Assembly: GCA_023136205.1 (NCBI GenBank)
Contig: JAGLRQ010000040.1
Span: 1-32,000, forward strand
Direction of reading: 5' to 3'
Source of the DNA: Candidatus Auribacterota bacterium
GTDB lineage: Bacteria; Auribacterota; UBA6266
DNA: 32,000 nucleotides
Below, in pieces: positions 1 to 6,027 of the stretch. The notes below the pieces were generated by a model. That model did no database searches. It was given only the letters and a program-made list of their open reading frames with translations, and was not told where the DNA came from. The position numbers and the translations under genes are program-made. How positions within the stretch are numbered: position 1 is the first letter of the stretch; each line of letters begins with the position of its first letter.

Positions 1-120
1 GGGTTAGTAGTTTCTACTTTCTTAACTCTAATAATTGTTCCTACAGTTTACAGTATCTTGGATGATATTGCGCATAAAACCAGAAAAGAAGTAAGTAAGA
101 GATTGATTGGAGAAGAATAA
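1..120 (+). CDS. C-terminal end of an RND-type (AcrB-like) efflux transporter, 5'-truncated by the window edge
   Basis: The frame is open from base 1 to TAA at 118-120 and translates GLVVSTFLTLIIVPTVYSILDDIAHKTRKEVSKRLIGEE. A hydrophobic last helix (..TL.IVP.vYsil..) plus a short basic tail is typical of RND pump C-termini. Only 39 aa are visible. Confidence 0.5.
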   Translation, partial: GLVVSTFLTLIIVPTVYSILDDIAHKTRKEVSKRLIGEE

Positions 121-286
121 AAGAGATGAAGTTCGCCTTTCATATTGGGGAACCTTTTTTCCCTTTGACGGTTGTGGATCATATCTTTTTTTTTAATTTT
201 CTTTATGCTAAAATAAAACTAAGGAATAAGGTAAAAGCAAATAGTGAATAGGAACAAAGATCTAAGTAAAAAAGGAGGAGAGAAAA

Positions 287-586
287 ATGAGTGTATTAAA
301 AGATTTGGTTAATTTGGGTTTGGGAGCATTAGTTATAACAAAAGAGAAAGCGGAAGAGGTTGTGAATGAATTGGTTAAAAAAGGTGAAGTTGGCCAGGAG
401 GAAGGAAAAGAATTAATTAGTAAGTTGATTGAAAAAGGAGAAAAAAGCAAAAAGGAGATAGAGGATCGGATTGAAAAAACGGTTAAAGACGTTGTAGGAA
501 AATTAGATATATCGACTAAGAAGGAAATAGAAGAGCTTAAATTTGAAATTGAAGAGTTGAAAAAGAAATTAAATAAAGAAGAATAA
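287..586 (+). CDS. Small phasin-like coiled-coil protein (COG3937-like PHA granule/regulator phasin family)
   Basis: 99-aa ORF with a strong SD (AAAAAGGAGGAG) 7 nt upstream of the ATG. The sequence is highly charged and Lys/Glu-rich, and its N-terminus LKDLVNLGLGALVITKEKAEEVVNELVKKGEV resembles phasin-family proteins. The antisense ORF 262-594 is a shadow. Confidence 0.6.
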   Translation: MSVLKDLVNLGLGALVITKEKAEEVVNELVKKGEVGQEEGKELISKLIEKGEKSKKEIEDRIEKTVKDVVGKLDISTKKEIEELKFEIEELKKKLNKEE

Positions 587-724
587 AAGGTCATTTCAAT
601 TTATAGTATACAAAGCAGAAAGAACTAGTGGGTAAATATTTTCCTGTAACACAATTATTTAGGTTACTGAGCGTTATGAGCATTCTTCGCTTTCAATAGC
701 ATTTTTCTGGTTAGGAGTTTTTAA

Positions 725-2413
725 TTGGTTATTGGTAATGTTACTCAAAAAATACGCAATGTAAAAAGATTGCGGCAAATTTCGCATATCTTTGTCAAGT
801 ACGGTTTTGGTTATATCGTTGACCGCTTAAATATAGACCAAAATCTTGTCGGCAGGAAGATTATCAAAATTGCTTCAGCTAAGAAACTTGATGTATTTGA
901 TATCCCAATACCTGTCAGAATCCGTAAGATGATGGAAGAGTTGGGCCCTGCCTTTATAAAATTAGGCCAGGTTCTAAGTACACGCCCGGATTTGATCCCT
1001 TTAGAGTTTTGTCAGGAACTTGAAAAATTGCAGAATGAAGTTCCCGCGTTTGCGTATGAGAAAGCAAAAGAGCAGATCGAAAACGAATTAAAAGAGCCGA
1101 TAGATAAGCTATTCAGTAGTTTTTCTGTTGATTCCTTTGCCGCCGCTTCATTGTCACAGGTTTATATGGCCGAATCGAAATCAGGAGAGAAACTTGTGGT
1201 AAAAGTTCAAAGGCCGGACATCGAAAAGACAATACGGGCGGATTTAGATATTTTATATACGTTAGCTCAATTGGCAGAAAAATATATCGAAGAAATCAGG
1301 CTTTATAATCCCACGGTGGTTGTTGATGAGTTCAAAAAGACGATTTTGAGAGAAATAGATTTCAGTCTGGAGGCAAAAAATATTGACAGATTCCGGCGTA
1401 ATTTCAAGGATGATAATACCGTATATATTTTTAAGGTAATGCATCATTTATCAACGAAGAAAATTTTAACTATGGAGAGGCTGGAAGGGATAAAGGCGAG
1501 CAACGTAAATGAGATAGGACGCATTGGATTGGACAAAAGACAGATAGCGATAAATGGAGCCGATGCTATTTTGAAACAGATTTTTATGCATGGTTTTTTT
1601 CATGCGGATCCGCATCCCGGGAATATATTTGTTTTGAAAGATGGCCGTATTGCCTTTTTGGATTTTGGTATGGTTGGGCGTATCGATGCAGAAACAAGAG
1701 AACAGATTTCCGGTATCCTGGTTGCTATAATTCATCGGGATACGAAAGGGATTATCGAGACTTTTGTATCAATGGGGGCAGTTGAGAAAGACACCGGTGT
1801 TAAAAAACTGAATTTAGATTTGACAGACTTCGTAGAGAATTATTATGAAATTCCTTTAAAAGACCTTAGGATGGATCAGTTTTTGCCTGATTTAATTAAT
1901 ATAATTTCGCATAATCGGATCAAAGTACCTGCCGATTTTTTCCTTTTGAGCAAAGCCTTGATAACAATTGAAAGCGTAGGCAAAAAAATGTCTCCTGATT
2001 TTAATGCTGTTTCTCAAGCAAAGCCTTTTGTCGAACGGCTGGTAAAAGAAAGATATAGCACAAAGAATATAGTAAGGGGGGTAAAAGGATTTTTAAAGGG
2101 GCTCTACATCCTTACGAATTTATTACCTAGAGATTTAACGATAATTCTTAACAAAATAAAAAAAGGGACACTGCGGGTAGAATTTGAGCATAGAGGGTTG
2201 GAAAATTTAATCCATGTACTTGATAAAGTCAGCAATAGAGTTGCTTTTAGTCTGGTCATTGCGGCATTAATTGTAGGTTCATCTATTATAATGCAGGCTG
2301 ATAAAGGCCCTATATTGTTTGATTTTCCGGTGTTAGGTGTAATTGGGTTTGTTGCGGCCGGCATAATGGGGTTATGGTTAGCCATAGCAATATTGCGTTC
2401 AGGCAGGCTATAA
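725..2413 (+). CDS. ubiB: ABC1/UbiB-family atypical protein kinase
   Basis: 562 aa with a TTG start preceded by AGGAG 7 nt upstream. ABC1 hallmarks are present: GPAFIKLGQVLSTRPDL, FAAASLSQVY, catalytic HADPHPGNIF and LDFGMVG. The C-terminus has two hydrophobic helices (VAFSLVIAALIVGSSII; VLGVIGFVAAGIMGLWLAIAIL). Confidence 0.9.
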   Translation: MVIGNVTQKIRNVKRLRQISHIFVKYGFGYIVDRLNIDQNLVGRKIIKIASAKKLDVFDIPIPVRIRKMMEELGPAFIKLGQVLSTRPDLIPLEFCQELEKLQNEVPAFAYEKAKEQIENELKEPIDKLFSSFSVDSFAAASLSQVYMAESKSGEKLVVKVQRPDIEKTIRADLDILYTLAQLAEKYIEEIRLYNPTVVVDEFKKTILREIDFSLEAKNIDRFRRNFKDDNTVYIFKVMHHLSTKKILTMERLEGIKASNVNEIGRIGLDKRQIAINGADAILKQIFMHGFFHADPHPGNIFVLKDGRIAFLDFGMVGRIDAETREQISGILVAIIHRDTKGIIETFVSMGAVEKDTGVKKLNLDLTDFVENYYEIPLKDLRMDQFLPDLINIISHNRIKVPADFFLLSKALITIESVGKKMSPDFNAVSQAKPFVERLVKERYSTKNIVRGVKGFLKGLYILTNLLPRDLTIILNKIKKGTLRVEFEHRGLENLIHVLDKVSNRVAFSLVIAALIVGSSIIMQADKGPILFDFPVLGVIGFVAAGIMGLWLAIAILRSGRL

Positions 2414-3406
2414 ATGGGATTTTTAAAAAGGGAGAAATCTAAAACAGGATTAGTTCTGGGCAGCGGCGCAGCGCGGGGTTTAGCTCACATTGGAGTATTA
2501 AAGGCACTAAAAGAGCAAAATATATCTATTGATATGATAGCAGGCTCAAGTATGGGCGCGCTTGTTGGTGCCTGTTATGCAAGGCATGGAAAAATAATAG
2601 ATATTGAAGAAATAGCATTAAGGATGGATTGGAAACAGTTAGCTCAATTAGCGGATCCTAACTTAGCCCTGTTTTTCAAAGGAGTTATTCATGGTAAAAA
2701 GGTTAAAGACCTTCTAAAGACTTTAATAGGAGATGTAAATTTTAGGGACTTAAAGATTCCTTTGGCTGTTGTGGCTACTGATGTTAATACAGGTGAGGAG
2801 ATAGTCATAAAGACTGGTTCGGTAATTGACGCGGTAAGGGCGAGTATTTCTGTACCTGCTATATTTATGCCGGTTAAATTGAGAGATAGATTCCTGATAG
2901 ATGGCGGGATAGTAAATCCCGTTCCAGTAACTGTAGTTAAAAATATGGGTGCAACATTCATTATCGCTTGCAATGTAACCTATAAGCCCCAAAGAAGAAA
3001 ACTTCTCAGATCTGCGAAAGGACAAAAATCCCCTGTGCCAATACCAAAGGCACAGATTAAAAATGCAGCTTTAGTGACGTTAAATAACAAAATCGACAAA
3101 CTTTTTCAAAACAATAAAGATAAGATACAAAGTTTCCAAAGACTTACTGATTCTTTCAAAAAAAAGATTTATAAAGGAAAACAAAGAATAGATCCAAATA
3201 CGCCAAGCATATTTGATACTATATTAAAAGCAATTTATGCTATGGAATATGAGATAGCGAAGTCAAAAATGAAAGAGGCAGATGTTATAATAACCCCCGA
3301 TACTGGACACATTGCTGCATTAGAGTTCTATCGGGCAAAAGAGGCGATAGCGGAGGGATACAAAGCAGCAAAAGACACCCTTTCTGAAAAGGGCCCTTCA
3401 TTTTAA
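2414..3406 (+). CDS. Patatin-like phospholipase (RssA-like)
   Basis: 330 aa. The ATG starts on the base after the ubiB stop codon, suggesting translational coupling. It has the oxyanion motif GSGAARG, the nucleophile elbow GSSMG (GxSxG) and the catalytic IDGG (DGG). Confidence 0.9.
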   Translation: MGFLKREKSKTGLVLGSGAARGLAHIGVLKALKEQNISIDMIAGSSMGALVGACYARHGKIIDIEEIALRMDWKQLAQLADPNLALFFKGVIHGKKVKDLLKTLIGDVNFRDLKIPLAVVATDVNTGEEIVIKTGSVIDAVRASISVPAIFMPVKLRDRFLIDGGIVNPVPVTVVKNMGATFIIACNVTYKPQRRKLLRSAKGQKSPVPIPKAQIKNAALVTLNNKIDKLFQNNKDKIQSFQRLTDSFKKKIYKGKQRIDPNTPSIFDTILKAIYAMEYEIAKSKMKEADVIITPDTGHIAALEFYRAKEAIAEGYKAAKDTLSEKGPSF

Positions 3407-3603
3407 AAGAGTATAGTAAAATGGAGGATAAGAAATGGGAACAGCTGTCCCTATCTCTTATTTTATGTTGGCTCCACAGTGTTTACGTGCCGCGGCAAAC
3501 TACCCAAGATTGACTTCGATGGAATTTTCAGCTTTGCTACGATGGGCTCGATGGGATGACGGAAGAGCGGGATATTATTAAAAAAAAATTCTGTAAAAAA
3601 TTC

Positions 3604-3632
3604 TTGACAGATGCTTTTTTATAAGGTATAAA
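3604..3632 (+). promoter_or_regulatory. Sigma70-type promoter of the amt-glnK operon
   Basis: TTGACA (3604-3609), 17-nt spacer, TATAAA (3627-3632). It lies about 280 nt upstream of the amt start, implying a long leader. Confidence 0.5.
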
Positions 3633-3676
3633 GTACTTATTAAGTACAGAGATTGTGCTTGGAAGTTTTGCAATGG

Positions 3677-3701
3677 GGCGTTTGAGAGAGCGTCTTTTTT
3701 T
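3677..3701 (+). terminator. Leader terminator-like hairpin T1 upstream of amt
   Basis: GGCGUU-UGAGAG-AGCGUC (6 bp including 2 G-U pairs) followed by 7 U. A short hexaloop hairpin UGC-AAUGGG-GCG (3669-3680) overlaps its 5' arm. Confidence 0.45.
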
Positions 3702-3749
3702 GTGTTTAGGCCGTGTAGTTTTTCAGAGTAGAATATTTTTGGATGACGA

Positions 3750-3795
3750 AGTCCTTTTAAGCAGAGATATTTGCTGAAGAGGGCTATTTTGTTTT
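3750..3795 (+). terminator. Leader terminator-like hairpin T2 upstream of amt
   Basis: AGUCCUUUUAAGCAGA-GAUA-UUUGCUGAAGAGGGCU forms a 16-position stem with one mismatch and several G-U pairs, followed by AUUUUGUUUU. The hexaloop hairpin GGAU-GACGAA-GUCC (3741-3754) overlaps its 5' arm. Confidence 0.5.
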
Positions 3796-3825
3796 AAGCA
3801 CGTTGTTGGTGCTTTATTTGAGCTC

Positions 3826-3875
3826 AGGTGCTCAATTTAATGCCGTTGAAGGCATTATCTTGAGTGCCTTTTTTA
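3826..3875 (+). terminator. Leader terminator T4 immediately upstream of the amt RBS
   Basis: The outer stem is AGGUGCUCAA / UUGAGUGCCU and the inner hairpin is AUGCC-GUUGAA-GGCAU, followed by UUUUUU. An alternative hairpin GAGC-UCAGGU-GCUC (3820-3833) competes for the 5' arm. A further hairpin AAGCAC-GUUGUUG-GUGCUU lies at 3796-3814. Confidence 0.55.
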
Positions 3876-3913
3876 TTTAGATGAATAAAAAACAAAGTAA
3901 AAAGGAGGGAAGA

Positions 3914-5254
3914 ATGAAGAAACTGTTTAAATTGCCTAAAAGCCTATTATTCATACTGGTCTTTTTTACAGGAGGATATGTTTTCGCGGATGATACAGTC
4001 GCGTCTAACGCGACGGCGATAAATACCGTGTGGACATTGGTGGCGGCGTTCCTGGTATTTTTCATGCAGCCGGGTTTTGCAATGGTTGAAACCGGTTTTA
4101 CCAGAGCGAAGAACGCGGCGAATATCTTGATGAAAAATCTTATGGATTTTTCGATTGGCTCAATTGCCTTCTTTGTAATTGGGTTCGGGATAATGTTTGG
4201 AACGGATATGTTTGGCTTGTTTGGAACAGATGGTTTTTTCCTCAGTTCCGCGAACACGACAAGCGGAGAAGGGATGTGGCAGTACGCGTACTGGATTTTC
4301 CAGGCGGTTTTTGCGGCTACAGCGGCAACCATTGTTTCCGGTGCGATGGCAGAAAGGACAAAATTTCCAGCATATCTAATCTATTCAGTCTTTATATGTG
4401 CTTTAATCTATCCCGTGGTAGGCCATTGGATATGGGGAGGCGGTTGGCTTGCCGCTAAAGGAATGATTGACTTTGCGGGTTCTACAGTTGTCCATTCTGT
4501 TGGAGGCTGGGCGGCTCTTGCGGGAGCTATACTTGTAGGCCCCAGGCTTGGTAAATACAACAAAGACGGGTCTTCAAACGCGATACCCGGGCATAACATA
4601 CCGCTGGCAGCTCTTGGAGTGTTCATTCTCTGGTTTGGATGGTTTGGGTTTAACGCGGGCAGTACCACCGCGGGAACTGACTTGAGTATAGCTGTGATTG
4701 CCGTGACGACTAACCTTGCTGCCGCTGCCGGAGCGATAACAGCGATGATAACAGTCTGGATACAGTTTGGCAAACCTGATACCAGTATGGCTCTAAACGG
4801 GGCACTCGCCGGATTAGTCGCGATAACAGCTCCCTGCGCGAATGTTTCTCCGATCAGCGCGATTATAATAGGGGCTATTGCGGGCGTAATCGTTGTTTTG
4901 AGTGTGGAGTTTATTGACAAGGTTCTTCACATCGATGATCCCGTTGGCGCGATATCCGTGCACGGTGTGTGCGGCGCTTTCGGAACGCTGGCGGCAGGCC
5001 TTTTCGCGGAAGAAGCCTATGGTGGAGTAAACGGTTTGTTTTTTGGCGGCGGAATGGGCCAGTTTATTATCCAGGTCACAGGTGTTATTGCCGTATTTAT
5101 ATGGACATTTGGATCCGCGTGCGCTCTCTTTTATCTGGTAAAAAAGACTATGGGGCTTAGGGCTTCTGATCAAGAGCAGTTGAAAGGCCTGGATATCAGC
5201 GAGCATGGCATGGAATCTTACGCTGGGTTTCAGATATTCAGTACGGAAAATTAA
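3914..5254 (+). CDS. amt: Ammonium transporter (Amt family) with N-terminal signal peptide
   Basis: Amt signatures are present: FAMVETGF, AGSTVVHSVGGWAALAGAILVGPRLGKY, FGWFGFNAGS, and multiple TM helices. I place the start at ATG 3914 (MKKLFKL...) because AAAAGGAGGGA lies 5-6 nt upstream. The ORF-track start at 3881 has no SD. Confidence 0.95.
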   Translation: MKKLFKLPKSLLFILVFFTGGYVFADDTVASNATAINTVWTLVAAFLVFFMQPGFAMVETGFTRAKNAANILMKNLMDFSIGSIAFFVIGFGIMFGTDMFGLFGTDGFFLSSANTTSGEGMWQYAYWIFQAVFAATAATIVSGAMAERTKFPAYLIYSVFICALIYPVVGHWIWGGGWLAAKGMIDFAGSTVVHSVGGWAALAGAILVGPRLGKYNKDGSSNAIPGHNIPLAALGVFILWFGWFGFNAGSTTAGTDLSIAVIAVTTNLAAAAGAITAMITVWIQFGKPDTSMALNGALAGLVAITAPCANVSPISAIIIGAIAGVIVVLSVEFIDKVLHIDDPVGAISVHGVCGAFGTLAAGLFAEEAYGGVNGLFFGGGMGQFIIQVTGVIAVFIWTFGSACALFYLVKKTMGLRASDQEQLKGLDISEHGMESYAGFQIFSTEN

Positions 5255-5267
5255 ACGGATGTTTGGC

Positions 5268-5298
5268 GAGGCATGGGGCAGGTTTTTCCCCATGCCTC
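5268..5298 (+). other. Perfect 11-bp GC-rich intercistronic hairpin between amt and glnK
   Basis: GAGGCATGGGG-caggttttt-CCCCATGCCTC. No U-tract follows on either strand, so it is not a classical terminator. Confidence 0.6.
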
Positions 5299-5335
5299 AA
5301 AAATGGAAGATTAATAAAAAGAAGGAGACTTTAAA

Positions 5336-5677
5336 ATGAAATTAATAATTGCTATGATTCAGCCGCACAAACTTCCGGATGTAAAAAAAGCGCTTTTTGC
5401 TGCTGACGTACATAAAATGACTGTTACAAATGCTCTTGGATGCGGCCAGCAGAAAGGTTTCATGGAAGCTTACAGGGGGGTTATTCATGAAGTTAACCTT
5501 TTGAAAAAGGTAAAACTTGAAATCGCGGTGAACAAAGAATTTGTCCAGCCCACAGTTGATGCTATTATTAAAGGAGCCAGAACCGGCAAAATAGGGGACG
5601 GTAAGATATTTGTACTTGACTTGCCCACCTGCATAAGAATCAGGACAGGAGAAGAAGGGGGTATGGCTATTGGTTAA
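5336..5677 (+). CDS. glnK: P-II nitrogen regulatory protein (GlnK/GlnB family)
   Basis: 113 aa with SD AAGGAG upstream. The P-II fold sequence is [20 protein letters not shown]...T-loop [14 protein letters not shown]...[13 protein letters not shown]. Its position directly downstream of amt is the conserved amtB-glnK arrangement. Confidence 0.95.
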   Translation: MKLIIAMIQPHKLPDVKKALFAADVHKMTVTNALGCGQQKGFMEAYRGVIHEVNLLKKVKLEIAVNKEFVQPTVDAIIKGARTGKIGDGKIFVLDLPTCIRIRTGEEGGMAIG

Positions 5678-5858
5678 AAACCGGAAGGATTAACAGAATA
5701 TATGCCAAGCTGGTGAAAGATAAGTTAAACCTGTAATATTTTTTTTTATTTGAGTTAACATTTGTATAAACACTTAAGGTTCACACGAGCAGTAGAAAAC
5801 CGCGTTGGAAAGCATCAGGTAAGTGTGGAATTTTCGAAAGAAATAATATAGAATGAAC

Positions 5859-5887
5859 TTGACATATAGAAAAATGTATAGTAAAAA
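5859..5887 (+). promoter_or_regulatory. Candidate sigma70-type promoter of glnN
   Basis: TTGACA (5859-5864), 17-nt spacer, TAAAAA (5882-5887). The -10 is weak; an alternative TATAGT at 5877-5882 has too short a spacer. Confidence 0.35.
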
Positions 5888-5907
5888 GGACAACGATTTT
5901 GGAAATA

Positions 5908-5983
5908 GGTACAAAGTTGTACCGCCGGAAAAAAGATAACAAAGGCGTTCTTAAACCTGCAGGGTTTTTGAGTGCCTTTTTTT
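5908..5983 (+). promoter_or_regulatory. glnN leader: dual hexaloop hairpins (ANTAR-target-like) overlapping an intrinsic terminator
   Basis: P1 is GGUAC-AAAGUU-GUACC (5908-5923). P2 is AAC-AAAGGC-GUU (5938-5949). The terminator has 5' arm 5941-5957 and 3' arm 5963-5979 (17 positions with a 2-nt internal mismatch), followed by a U run to 5983. P2 sequesters the bottom of the terminator 5' arm. Both loops have A at position 1 and G at position 4. Confidence 0.55.
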
Positions 5984-6027
5984 GTTTGTGTTTATGGAGC
6001 AAATAGTAAAATAATAGGAGATAAAAT

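Noticed and set aside
147-172. GGGGAACCTTTTTTCCCTTTGAC after the RND gene, considered as a terminator or a third copy of the GAAAAGGG...CCCTTTTC repeat.
   Set aside because: It forms only a 5-bp stem (GGGAA/TTCCC) with a short U run. Its similarity to the 24-mer repeat is limited to base composition. This is too weak to call.
3881-3913. ORF-track start of amt at 3881 (MNKKQSKKEGR...).
   Set aside because: No SD precedes 3881, and it sits inside the terminator T4 U-tract region. ATG 3914 has a strong AAGGAGGG SD and begins a typical signal peptide.
3877-5293. Antisense and alternate-frame ORFs inside amt (3877-4332 -, 4408-4920 -, 4814-5293 -, 4197-4379 +, 4276-4458 +, 4969-5160 +).
   Set aside because: These are shadow ORFs of a well-supported Amt coding frame. 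They have low-complexity Ala/Pro/Arg-rich translations and no SD.
5900-5990. Possible glutamine (glnA-motif) riboswitch upstream of glnN.
   Set aside because: The leader contains CCGCCGGAA and AAAGGCG strings. However, I cannot place the conserved E-loop/pseudoknot core (CGUUCACC...GGAAGUAGG...AAGGAACGC) of the glnA RNA motif. The dual hexaloop/terminator reading fits better.
5781-6002. 73-aa minus-strand ORF overlapping the glnN promoter and leader.
   Set aside because: It overlaps the promoter, hairpins and terminator that are better explained as the glnN leader. It has no SD and no recognisable protein features.
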